Shown here piece after piece: positions 34,660-47,145 of a stretch of 64,000 bases of DNA (the first letter of the stretch is position 1; each line of letters opens with the position of its first letter). Location of the stretch: contig NIVC01000875.1 in NCBI GenBank assembly GCA_002269645.1, forward strand, positions 1-64,000, read 5' to 3'. This stretch comes from Macrostomum lignano (lineage: Eukaryota). The notes beneath the pieces are model-generated. The model had not been told where the DNA came from. It did no database searches and saw only the letters and a list, made by a program, of their open reading frames with translations. A program made the position numbers and the translations under genes.

Positions 34660-36285
34660 TGTCCAGCTGGAGTCAGCATTTAGCACAGTGGGGGGTCCAG
34701 CTGGAGTCAGCATTTAGCACAGCGGGGGGGGGGGTCCAGCTGGAGTCAGCATTTAGCACAGCGGGGGGTCCAGTTGGAGTCAGCATTTAGCACAGCAGGG
34801 TCCAGCTGGAGTCAGCATTTAGCACAGCAGGGTCCAGCTGGAGTCAGCATTTAGCACAGCAGGGTCCAGCTGGAGTCAGCATTTAGCACAGCGGGGGGTC
34901 CAGCTGGAGTCAGCATTTAGCACAGCAGGGTCCAGCTGGAGTCAGCATTTAGCACAGCGGGGGGGGGTCCAGCTGGAGTCAGCATTTAGCACAGCGGGGG
35001 GTCCAGTTGGAGTCAACATTTAGCACAGCAGGGTCCAGCTGGAGTCAGCATTTAGCACAGCGGGGGGTCCAGTTGGAGTCAGCATTTAGCACAGCAGGGT
35101 CCAGCTGGAGTCAGCATTTAGCACAGCGGGGGTCCAGCTGGAGTCAGCATTTAGCACAGCGGGGGGGGTCCAGCTGGAGTCAGCATTTAGCACAGCGGGG
35201 GGTCCAGTTGGAGTCAGCATTTAGCACAGCAGGGTCCAGCTGGAGTCAGCATTTAGCACAGCGGGGGGGGGTCCAGCTGGAGTCAGCATTTAGCACAGCG
35301 GGGGGGGTCCAGCTGGAGTCAGCATTTAGCACAGCGGGGGGTCCAGTTGGAGTCAGCATTTAGCACAGCAGGGTCCAGCTGGAGTCAGCATTTAGCACAG
35401 CGGGGGGGGTCCAGCTGGAGTCAGCATTTAGCACAGCGGGGGGTCCAGTTGGAGTCAGCATTTAGCACAGCAGGGTCCAGCTGGAGTCAGCATTTAGCAC
35501 AGCGGGGGGTCCAGTTGGAGTCAGCATTTAGCACAGCAGGGTCCAGCTGGAGTCAGCATTTAGCACAGCGGGGGTCCAGCTGGAGTCAGCATTTAGCACA
35601 GCAGGGTCCAGCTGGAGTCAGCATTTAGCACAGCGGGGGTCCAGCTGGAGTCAGCATTTAGCACAGCAGGGTCCAGCTGGAGTCAGCATTTAGCACAGCA
35701 GGGTCCAGCTGGAGTCAGCATTTAGCACAGCGGGGGTCCAGCTGGAGTCAGCATTTAGCACAGCAGGGTCCAGCTGGAGTCAGCATTTAGCACAGCAGGG
35801 TCCAGCTGGAGTCAGCATTTAGCACAGCGGGGGGGGGGTCCAGCTGGAGTCAGCATTTAGCACAGCGGGGGGTCCAGTTGGAGTCAGCATTTAGCACAGC
35901 AGGGTCCAGCTGGAGTCAGCATTTAGCACAGCGGGGGGTCCAGTTGGAGTCAGCATTTAGCACAGCAGGGTCCAGCTGGAGTCAGCATTTAGCACAGCGG
36001 GGGTCCAGCTGGAGTCAGCATTTAGCACAGCAGGGTCCAGCTGGAGTCAGCATTTAGTACAGCGGGGGGTCCAGTTGGAGTCAGCATTTAGCACAGCAGG
36101 GTCCAGCTGGAGTCAGCATTTAGCACAGCAGGGTCCAGCTGGAGTCAGCATTTAGCACAGCGGGGGTCCAGCTGGAGTCAGCATTTAGCACAGCAGGGTC
36201 CAGCTGGAGTCAGCATTTAGCACAGCAGGGTCCAGCTGGAGTCAGCATTTAGTACAGCGGGGTCTAGCTGGGGTCAGCCAGTTAC
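34660..36285. repeat. Minisatellite, ~32-38-bp unit GGGTCCAGCTGGAGTCAGCATTTAGCACAGC plus a variable G-run
   Basis: About 48 copies; the reverse complement is related to the 30987 array. Confidence 0.97.
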
Positions 36286-36834
36286 AGTAAGCTAAATTCT
36301 CTACCCAGGGACTGTTTACACGAGCTACATACATATCAAATACATAGCTTCGGTATTCAATTCGGCCTGGCACGGTATAACAAATGCTGGAATTCGCTAC
36401 ACGCGAATGCTTTTACTGGGACCAACCATAGTCAGAAAACGCTGAATAAAAAACCACTCGATCCTAGACATGCAAGAGCCAAGCGTAGTTTAGCATTCTG
36501 CATAGCCAATTAAATGCCGCTCTCTGGCTTCCTGCGTGCGTGCGCGAGATTCGATCGTTTTACCACCAGCAAAGCCGAATGACGCACAGAAAACGACTTG
36601 CGCGTAGGTCCTATACCTGCGCACAGGTCAGGCCCTCCGTAGAAACAGAATTCTAATAAGCCAATCAGCCAGTGGAATTCTCTCTCCTGTGCTGCAAGGC
36701 TGCAAGTATAAAAACCATTGGTTTTTACTGCCTAAAACCTTTCCATCCATCGCTGGTATTGAAGTTAGGTTCTGCGCTTCTGTACTTTTAAATCGCTCCT
36801 CTCGGTCCCAGTCCTACAGTCAAGCAGTGCAGAC

Positions 36835-39310
36835 ATGTGTCGATCAATCAGCAAAATCGTCCTGGTCATTGTTAACGCGGTCTTTGCCGTGTTCAGTCTA
36901 GCGGTCCTTGGCATCGGCATCTGGGTAGCTGTTTATCGAGGTCGAGCGATCAGCAAGATGGAATCCGCGCCTGAGGACAGCGAGCTGAAGACTCTGGCCA
37001 ACAGGCTGCAGCTGATGTCTGCCGCGATCATCATCATAGTGATCAGCGTCTTCTGCCTGCTGCTCACCATCAGCGGATGCTTCGGTGCCATGAAGGAGAA
37101 CGTCTGCATGCTGAAGTTTGTGAGTATAGAGCCAGATCTGACATGGATCTGACATTTTGTTCCAGTTGTAAAAAGTTTCAGTGTACACGAGCAAAACTAG
37201 CTAAGTAAAAAGTTTCTACTCACTTGAAAGAATCGAATTTCACATGTACTGTACATGGTCATGGTTAATAATAATAATAACTGATTACACCTGCCAGCTA
37301 ATGAGCAGATGTGCAACCGACAGCTCAGCCACAGCTATGCGCGGTGCATCTGAAAGCTGCGTACGGCTGTTCAGTCCAAGGACTGGGGGGTCACCACACA
37401 CAGCCTCAATTACCCCAGCTAATGCTGGCACCCATTTTACAGCTGGTTGAACTGAATTAAGCAATGCAGAAATAAGTGTCTTGCTCAAGGAAACAAATTG
37501 TTTTAAGTGGGTCGAGAATCGAACCTCCAACCTTCTAGTCGGAAGTCCGACGCTCTGACCACTAGGCTACAGCCCCCAAAAACTCATACTTGCCTCATCT
37601 CAGTCACCACCGCAACCCCCTGAATTTCAGTACATGGTGGTCATGACGATCCTCCTACTCGCCCAGCTCATTGTCATCGGACTCGCGGCTGTCTTCAAAG
37701 GCCGCCTGCAAGACGAGGTGACTCGCGTTCTAAGAAAGACTGACAGAGACCTATTTAAACCCTACAACGAGCTGGGTCCTGTAAACCAGACTGACAACAA
37801 AGATATTGTCTCGCGGATTATGAACAGCATTCACGTTTCGGTAAGAAGATTATTCAAAATAGTTAATACTTTCCTTCGGGGCGCACGAGAAGCATGGGAA
37901 GTAAATTATTTATAAGAATCCTTTAAACTTAAAGCACGCTAACTAAAAAGCATTATTTTTCAGTTTAATAAACACTTTATTCAAGTAAAATTGTTCAAAG
38001 AATGCAATACACTTAAAAAAATAAACTACATGTAGTTTCTGAACCCTCAGCCTTGATATCTTAGCAATGCCCCCAGTAAGCCTTGACATCTCAGCAATTC
38101 CCACAGAAGTCTTGACGTCTCAGAAATTCCCCCAGTAAGCCTTGGCATCTCAGCAATTCCCCCAGTAAGTCTTGACGTCAGCTCACATAGGGTGTACAGC
38201 GGCTCTTGACGTTCTATTCGTCAAGCATGTGCACTTTCAGTTGTCTTGAGGGGTTGTTAGCCCTCAAGGGTGTCAAATCGCAATTGGTTTATCGTACCTT
38301 TATACAATAGCTATATAAAATAGCAAAATATAATCAGTTTATAACCCATTTTAACCAACTTTCGAAATGTAGCTTCGCTGTTGCGGAGTCACCAACTACA
38401 CTGACATTACCGTGAACAGCACCTGGAGCCGGGCCAATCCAAAATTCGACAGCCGACCGATGCTGATCCCAGCCTCCTGCTGCCAACTCACCGATGATGG
38501 CGCTAAATACCTGGCCGAACATGACGACTGGAGTGACTTCAAGAAGTACCTCATCAATGGTAGCCAGTGCCCTACTAAGCTGGCCAACTTTCACCAGCAG
38601 GTAAGCTGGGCACTCCATCTGATAGTGACTGGGCACTCCATCCGATACAGACTGGGCACTCCAGCTGACTGTGACTGGGCACTCCATTTGATACATACTG
38701 TCATGCTGGGCACTCCATCTGATACAGACCTGGGCACTCCATCCGATACAGACTGGGCACTCCATCCGATACAGACTGGGCACTCCAGCTGATCCAGACT
38801 GGGCACTCCATCCGATACAGACTGGGCACTCCATCCGATACAGACTGGGCACTCCAGCTGACTGTGACTGGGCACTCCATTCGATACATACTGTCATGCT
38901 GGGCACTCCATCTGATACAGACTGGGCACTTCATCCGATACAGACTGAGCACTCCAGCTGATACAGACTGGGCACAATTCATGCAGCCTACAAAGACTAT
39001 AGGTCCATCACTAGATTCCAAAATTCACCAGAAGGTCGACTACTCTCCTTCATAATTTCAGGGCTGCCTATCAAAAATTGTGGACAGCTGGAAAGCTCAC
39101 GTGACCTCAATCATCGTAGCGGCGGTACTTTACATTGGCTTCAATGTGAGTTCTGCAATAGTTTTCTAGCTAGCTAACTTTGTTCCGCAAAACCAAACAA
39201 TATAAAAATTTAACCACAACCAAAACTTCAACTTTGAATTCGTACAGGTTGTCTGCATCGTGATGGCGTACTGTTTGATGAAGGAGTACAGTCAGCAGCG
39301 TAATCTCTAA
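36835..39310 (+). CDS. Tetraspanin; exons 36835-37119, 37631-37840, 38373-38600, 39062-39145, 39248-39310 (289 aa)
   Basis: Four hydrophobic segments, GCFGAMKEN intracellular loop, large extracellular loop with CCG, PASCC and GC motifs; all introns phase 0 GT-AG. Confidence 0.93.
37265..37577 (-). mobile_element. tRNA-derived CORE-like SINE, copy 2 (tetraspanin intron 1)
   Basis: Minus strand begins GGGGGCTGTAGCCTAGTGG...GGTTCGATTCTCGACCC; (TTA)n tail. Confidence 0.88.
38603..38980. repeat. Minisatellite, ~23-bp unit GACTGGGCACTCCATCCGATACA, filling tetraspanin intron 3
   Basis: Direct inspection; begins immediately after the splice donor. Confidence 0.92.
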
Positions 39311-40649
39311 GCAAATCAAGAGTGTGTGTATTCAATACATTTCGAGTTTGGAGTTTTTAATTTTTGATAGTTTTGCAATATAAATTAGGTACGGAAAAGC
39401 ATGATTACTTTTATTGTTTCTATTCAGGCTTGAACTGATCGCACTAGAGTTATAATTTATAGCTTATCGCAGCAGCTCCTGAGAAAGTTCGACAGTAAGA
39501 TCATATCGTATGAGCAGCTGGCCTAAATTCTTATCACACATTGCTATAGTTATCTGCAAAAATATTTAGCCTTGTTATCTTTTCTGACACAGCTTTGCAA
39601 GTAACGTAGAAAGTGTCACACTAGCTATTTGTACATTTTTAATTATTGCTTTAATCTTTTATTTTTACTATATTACTCTGCACTTCACTTATCCCGCACT
39701 ATTACTAACAAGTCACAAAAGCTAATTATTAAAAACTTAGGGCTGCAAAAACATTCATTTGAAATATACTGTACTACTGCTGGCTGCCAGCAAAAAATAT
39801 TGCAATAATAAAAAGTAATAAAATGAGTCAAGAGAATAGAATACTTTAGCTAGAAGATCCACGCGATAAAGTTTTAATTGTATTCATATTTGTAGTTTTG
39901 ATCACAGCGCTGATCAAGTTACAATAATAAAATAATACGAATAATCATCCTAATGCTATCAAAATATATATGTACGCATGAACTTATTTTGTGTTGGGGT
40001 CTTGGTGTTGTTAGTTTGACACCAGGCCGATCAAAATTTTGTTTGATATGTGGCTTTATCCAATTCTGTGAAGATTTACTTTTTCCAGGAAATTAAATAG
40101 TAAAATTACATTTTATTTCTACTGTTTTAATTCGACAATTCAAAGCATATACTTTCTTTTCTTGTCTGACCTACTCATCGTGGGCGCAATGTCAGTAGGG
40201 AAAAAATCCGCCATTTTAATATTTATTTTAATAAATAAATATTCAAGCAGCTTCAAAAGGACATTACATTTTTTAAATTATTTTTCTGAGCTTATAGAGC
40301 TCTGTTCAAACATATTTTTCAAAATATAAGGTCATTGGCACTGTGTATTTGTTTCAAAACAGACACGGAAATTAATAATTTTGACAGATTTTAAGCTCAG
40401 AGTTTCCAAGAACAATGACAAATTAATTCACATTAGTAGTGACATGACATGACACAACTGTGAAACGAGGTATCAGTCATCATTCGCCTTTATCCTAAAA
40501 ATAAAATGTTTCTAGATATGTGTCTGTTGTAATAAAAAAACTGATAGCAACTTTGTAAAAAAATTCATTCCAATTTACTAAAACTGAATTTAAAATGTCC
40601 ATCTGATTGATTTCAGAAAAATTGCTCAAACTTAAACTGTAGATTATAT

Positions 40650-41438
40650 TGTAGAGTGTCTGAAAAATAAATGAGGCTTGAAAGCGGCGGTTCAATTATT
40701 TATTATCGATAGTCGAGATTACCGGAAAAACACTTGCTTATTAGCTGGGTTTGCCTGGTGTATATTTATAGCAAAATTAACGGTGTTCTGGAAATTCGCG
40801 GCTGAAACAGGCTGGGTTGCCCCTCGGGATGTCGATCACCTCGTGGAAGGTGTCATATAAAGACGATCGCCGAAGGTTTCAGCCGCGCGTTCCTTGGTCA
40901 ATAGCAGCTTGGTTGACTGATGATATTTCGGCTTATTTTGGCGTAGAATTTGGTGGGGCTCACGGAAGACTCTATCGAACGGCCTGGTAATAACCCGTGT
41001 AGGCATTTTCTGGCGGTCGTCGATTGAGATCCGTGCCAACTTCGGTACAGCGTTTGCAGAATTAGGTTTCGTATATGATGACTTCGGCAGAGACAGTAGT
41101 TGGACGACGGCCGCGTGCAGACGACGATGATGAAGCATGGCGTTGATGGCGATGTCGATGATGGCGTTATGCTACTTACAGGCAGTATTTACAGCGGTAT
41201 TTACACACACGTACGCGCTTCATCCATGCTTCGCCAGCGTAGCCCCCTTACTGGGGACTCAGATGAATGTTGGACGCCTCACCGGACCAGTTGTAGCGTG
41301 CCTGAAAAATAAATGAGGCTTGAAAGCGGCGGTTCAATTATTTATTATCGATAGTCGAGATTACCGGAAAAACACTTGCTTATTAGCTGGGTTTGCCTGG
41401 TGTATATTTATAGCAAAATTAACGGTGTTCTGGAAATT
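40650..41438. repeat. Direct repeat pair (137 bp identical core, 40660-40796 and 41302-41438; period 642 bp) flanking a GC-richer ~500-bp segment; TRIM/LTR-like
   Basis: Exact sequence identity seen; both copies start TGTAG; PBS-like sequence next to the right copy. Confidence 0.8.
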
Positions 41439-43028
41439 TCTTTAGAATTATAACAAAGACACAACGTTATAATGTAAACTGTAGCTAATACGGATAAATG
41501 CGTTGAATAAGAATATGACTAATAATTAAACTATAAGATATGTAAAGGTTCCGCGTAGAAATATTTTGTTATGGAAATTCGAAGAAAAATGCAGAAATTT
41601 CTTTTACTTAATTTGGAAATTTTACTCGTATAGAATGCGCGAAGGGGAAAGGAAACTTCTAGAAACTAGGTACATTGGAATAACATCGTTACAATATATT
41701 CTGGATACGATTTTCACTAGAAAAAAACTATTTTTTACATGAGAGTTATTTTGGTGGAAACCTTGCATTCGGTTGTATATTTTATCAATCTTTGTGGTAG
41801 ATATTGAGTAAATATTTTCTTTTTAACAAATAAATATAAAATTATAATCAAGAATGTAATAGTGTTTTCTAATAGTGTATTCATGTTGTAAATGGTCCTT
41901 CAGTAGTTAGCTATCATAGTAATCTTCTGTCAATATATATATATTCAATGAATAAAGTAAATTTTATGCTCATATTTGTAAATTAATTTCATCCAAGGAT
42001 GTTGTACTTTGTTTAAATCCAATATATCCCAATATAAATGTATAGTAAAAATATTCCTCGCTAATAAAATGCTACAGCATAGAAGAATACTAAAATTATT
42101 AAAAACAGTGTTAAAATGGGAAAATTAATACTTAATTTGCTTAAAATTTGATTTAAATAATTTTTTGGGTATTAAATTCCTAGACAAATATTTAGTCTAG
42201 ATAAAACTATTGTATTTATGTATTACTTTATCTAGATTGTTAATATAAATTTTTAGTATATAGGATTTCTTTATTAACACTATAAAAATCTAAAGATAGG
42301 TGTTTCAAGTTTCTAACTCCAAGTTTTTTTTAGAAAGTTCTAATTTTTGCTTTTTAGTTTAAGAATTATTGAATTACTAGAGTGATAAATAAAAAAGATT
42401 GAGAAGTCATCCATTGAAAATATGATAATTGGTGTGATAAGAATTTTACAACTAGTATCAAGCCATGTAAATAGATAGGTTTTTTATAAACCAATTCTCA
42501 TATATTTACATAGACTAAGAGTGATAAAAAGAAGAGAAGCTTCAATTTAATTGTCATGACCTTATAGCCTTTCAAATGCCTAGGGATTGGAAATTGTAAT
42601 AATATTTGATCCCCCATAAATTTATATACTTAGAATATTGAGTAGTTCTTCAATGCAGCTATAGGTATGGCTTTGGGGAGTTATAGATAGTGAAGGTTTT
42701 ATACAGAATATATGGATATAGACATGTTTAAAAGACATATATTTCCAAATCGATTAATATTGGCCATTCAACAACTAAGGTTTAAAAGATCATTGAGACA
42801 TTCTTAATAAGTGACAGATAAAGGCTATTGCTATCATTATTTATTTCCTGATGGAAGAGCTTTTAGGAATGGGATTTGCTTTGGATTTAGTTTTATTTAT
42901 CGGCCATTAGTTTTATTCCTATCACATTTTGTTGACATCTGATGACACTTGTTATTTAAGCTATGTTCAATTGTTTATTACCTGTGAAAATTTCTCTGAT
43001 CAAATTGTTAAATACTTAATTTCAGAAA

Positions 43029-44807
43029 ATGACAACCAAAAGCTACTTGAGCAGTGCAGCAGACATTGCCCGCCTGATGTCAACAAAGCGAGTATTTTTA
43101 TTCGACTGCGATGGCGTCATCTGGAATGAGAACACCCTGGTGCCAGGTGCCAAGGACCTGCTAACTCGCCTGAAGCAACTCGGCAGGCAGGTGTTTCTTG
43201 TCACCAACAACAGCTCCAAGTCAAGGGCGCAATATGTGGCAAAGTGTCGCAAGCTGGAGCTGCCGATTGAAGAGGCCGACATCGTGTGCACCGCCGCCGT
43301 GGCTGCTGGGTACATCAGCAAGCTGAAGCTGCCCGGGGTTACCTATGTTATTGGAAGTCAAGGATTGCAGGTAGGTGAATTTTCGTTTAAACTATAAGCA
43401 CTTTATATGCTTATAGTTTTCCAATCATAACGTTATCATAGCACAAATAGTTGATTTTACAATTTTACAACCCACAACCCATGCTTTGTTCATTCAGGAT
43501 GAATTGGAATTGCACGGCATCAACTGCTGCGGATTTCGCGAGGATGACGACACCGCGGTGCACGATCAGGTGAGTTAGTTAAGTAATCTGTATATTGGTA
43601 GTGTAAGTTCTGTAATAATCCCAAATATTGGGATTATTTATCCTCTGATCCTCTAATTATCCTCTGATCGATGGAGGTCCAAACAATTTAAACTCAGCAA
43701 CCGCCCGTCATTGACTCATCCACCACCCGTCATTGACTCATCAACCGTCCATCATTGACTCATCAACCGTCCGTCTTGACTCATCAACCACCCGTCATTG
43801 ACTCATCAAACGCCCGTCATTGATTCATCAACCACCCGTCATTGACTCATCAAACGCCCGTCATTGACTCATCAACCACCCGTCATTGACTCATCAACCA
43901 CCCGTCATTGACTCATCAACCGCCCGTCATTGACTCATCGACCGTCCGTCATTGACTCATCAACCGTCCGTCATTGACTCATCAACCACCCGTCATTGAC
44001 TCATCAGCCACCCGTCATTGACTCATCAACCGCCCGTCATTGACTCATCAGCCACCCGTCATTGACTCATCAACCGCCCGTCATTGACTCATCAGCCACC
44101 CGTCATTGACTCATCAACCGCCCGTCATTGACTCATCAACCGCCCGTCATTGACTCATCAACCGTCCGTCATTGACTCATCAACCACCCGTCATTGACTC
44201 ATCAACCGCCCGTCATTGACTCATCAACCGCCCGTCATTGACTCATCAACCGTCCGTCACCCAGGGCGTTGAGCAATTCGGCGACGCCCCGCTTCGCAAC
44301 GACGTCTCCTGCGTTCTGCTGGCCCTGGACACCAGATTCAACTACCTGAAGCTGCTCAAAGCCTGCAGCTACGTCTCAGCCGGCGCCCTGTTCCTCGGCA
44401 GTAACGAGGACGCCTTCCTGCCATCTGGACAGCCGTCGCCAACTGTGCCAGTGCGCCTGCCGGGCACCGGAGCCATGCTCTCGGCTCTGTGCGTTGCCAC
44501 CCAGCAGCAGCCGGCAGCCGTGATGGGGAAGCCGCACCGGCCCATGCTGGACTATGCCGTGCAGCTCATGACGGAGGCCCGACAGGACCAGCAGCCGCCC
44601 CCGCTGTCCCAGTGGCTTATGGTCGGGGATCGTCTCGACACGGACATCGCATTCGGTCGTCGGCACGGCATGGACACAGTATGTGTGATGACCGGCTGCA
44701 CCAAACCGGAGGATCTGCTAGACTTAAGCGAAGCAGACTCAGAGCTCAAGCCTAACTGTGCGGCCGAGTCGGTGGCCGACTTGTTGCCTCATCTGGCCGA
44801 GAATTGA
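43029..44807 (+). CDS. PGP: HAD-family phosphoglycolate/pyridoxal phosphatase (PGP/PDXP-like); exons 43029-43370, 43498-43569, 44265-44807 (318 aa)
   Basis: Motif I FDCDGV, FLVTNNSSKSR, PGTGAM, GKP and MVGDRLDTDI..G; phase-0 introns. Confidence 0.9.
43700..44260. repeat. Minisatellite, 22-bp unit ACCCGTCATTGACTCATCAACC (PGP intron 2)
   Basis: About 25 copies ending at the splice acceptor. Confidence 0.96.
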
Positions 44808-45067
44808 GTCAAAATTGAGTTAATCGCACACCAATCTATGATTTTTATTTCAATAGCTTTCTATTTCTGATATTTGACCATAGGAGTGAATTTTGTCTTT
44901 CTTTATATAAGAACGAACATTTTTCTGTTTGTTATTACAATGCACGCTTTGTTAGTTTAGCGCCAAATTTTAAATAAATTAATCATATCATTATTTAATT
45001 TGAAATGCTAGATTATATCTAAAATGCTCGTAGCACTTGAAAATGTAGCTGAAAATGTTCTATCTTT

Positions 45068-46507
45068 CCCGTGTGGCCATCTGATCAGGTTTTTCGCCCG
45101 GTAGGCGATCGGGATTTTTGCCCGGTTTGTAATACATTTTTTCCTATCTAAAAACCCGAAAATCCTCGGGAAAGTGGTCTCGAAAACGGACGAAGACGGC
45201 AGTTTCGTCTGGTTGTTCGTCAGGAATTTCGTAGAGGACATCAGGTATTTTCTCGGGTTTCTCTTCGGCTACTCAAACTGATGAGTACCCTGAATAAAAC
45301 CCGACAAATGACCGGATGAAAGTGCAATAGCAGAACCCGGCAAATAACCGGGGCAAAATCAGACTAAAACCTAACGAAAGCGACACGACGACCCAACCGG
45401 ACGAATACCCGGAGCAAAATCAGACTAAAACCTAACGAAAGCGACACGACGACCCAACCGGACGAATATCTGGAGCAAAATCAGACTAAAACCTAACGAA
45501 AGCGACACGACGACCCAACCGGACGAATACCCGGAGCAAAATCAGACTAAAACCTAACGAAAGCGACACGACGATCAAACCGGACGAAAAACCCTGCATC
45601 CCTATCAAATTGTGTCTACTCTCGGAAATATGTAGTGCCGACTTAGTAAAACATCTACAGTGCGCTTCTGTCAACGGATACCGTGAAGAGTGAAGAAGTA
45701 AGACAATTGTCAGTTAGTGTTAATACAAAATATGTAACGTTCCATCTTGCAATTCATCAAACTGTTCCAAATCACCTACAAGATCAATATACTCCTCTGT
45801 TTTTTTTATTCGAAAGATGTTGTAGAATACAGTCAGTAGGCGCATAGTCGCTAGTCATCTAGGCGCATAAATGCGGGAATTTAAAATCACTTCTGACTGG
45901 CCAAAAGTATGTTGGAATCCCACAGTAGCATGCAGCCTTCAGAAATGTGTGCGATGACAGCATTAAAATGACATATTTTTATTCTCAGTTTACGTGAACT
46001 ACGCTCGTAATGTAACATACGAAGACGCTCATATGGTATATATAAAGATGAGCGGAAAAAATACTGCAAGAGAACAAAACAGGAGCACATTACAGGACAT
46101 GCAATTACAAGAAAATCTTCATGTCAATTGTCAATTATACACTGTGTCTCCCATACCATTTTCAACCCAATCCTGAATTAAAGGCTTTCATCAGCTCTTT
46201 TCTCCGGCTCTTGTCCGGTCGAAGAACCAGAGAAAGAACCGGGCAAAATTCCAGGCGGAATTGTTATTTCATCCGCTTTTACTCCGGATTTGCCTGCGTT
46301 ACTAAACTGGTTCCAAACCTGGCGAAGGACCGGGTAAAAAACCAGAGCACTCGTACGGTTTTTCCTCCGGAATTTCGCCTGGTTTAGAAAGGCAGAGAAA
46401 AACCGGATAAATTCGCCTGGTTTATGTTCTTCGCCTGGAAATGGGGCAAAAAACATAGCAAGCCAGAGCAAAACCGGGCGAAAAACCTGATCGGATGGCC
46501 ACACGGG
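45068..46507. mobile_element. Non-autonomous DNA transposon, 1440 bp, 35-bp TIRs, probably CMC/EnSpm-like; internal 61-bp repeat (about 4 copies, 45355-45590)
   Basis: CCCGTGTGGCCATCTGATCAGGTTTTTCGCCCGGT and ACCGGGCGAAAAACCTGATCGGATGGCCACACGGG (1 mismatch); flanks TT|...|TT are compatible with a 2-bp TSD. Confidence 0.88.
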
Positions 46508-46664
46508 TTAATGTGTGATGGGTGTTGCAATTAGAAGCATTTGTCATACCCGGTGGAAAACGTTACCGTGACAAGAATCGCTGATAAGTCATTGCAAAAA
46601 ACTCACCAGTGACTCTGGCGACTCTGGGGCCGATTTTGTGCCTTTTTAACAACTTAAACGACTG

Positions 46665-46820
46665 TAATGCGACGGAGAGGCGAATCACGTGAGTGAATCA
46701 TGTGAATAGCAAAATCTTAAAAAATCGCGAAAAAGTCGTCCAAGTGTCGATCTGTTTGCGCTTAACTTTCTACTAACTCAAGTAGACTAAATAGAGTTGC
46801 TATAAATGCAGAATGCGACT
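46665..46820 (+). repeat. Dispersed repeat fragment related to 1745-1865
   Basis: Shared blocks as listed for the first copy. Confidence 0.6.
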
Positions 46821-47029
46821 CGGCAATAGTAACAGGGATAGCATGTTGACAACGATAAAACACTGGCATGTTTTAAGCAGAAAAAATACAGCGAGTATAT
46901 ATATATATATTCGATTTATTGACTGGGAGCCACGCCCCAGTTGCAGTTTTAGCTCATTGGCAAAAGGCTTTGCTCATTGGGCCGCTGCTCCCAAGTATTA
47001 ATGGATGAAAGCCGCTCAATTACGGGACG

Positions 47030-47145
47030 CCCCTTGGTGCTGGCGCCCCTTGGTGCTGGCGCCCCTTGGTGCTAGCGCCCCTTGGTGCTGGCGCCCCTTG
47101 GTGCTGGCGCCCCTTGGTGCTGGCGCCCCTTGGTGCTGGCGCCTA
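47030..47145. repeat. 16-bp tandem repeat CCCCTTGGTGCTGGCG
   Basis: About 7 copies. Confidence 0.9.
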
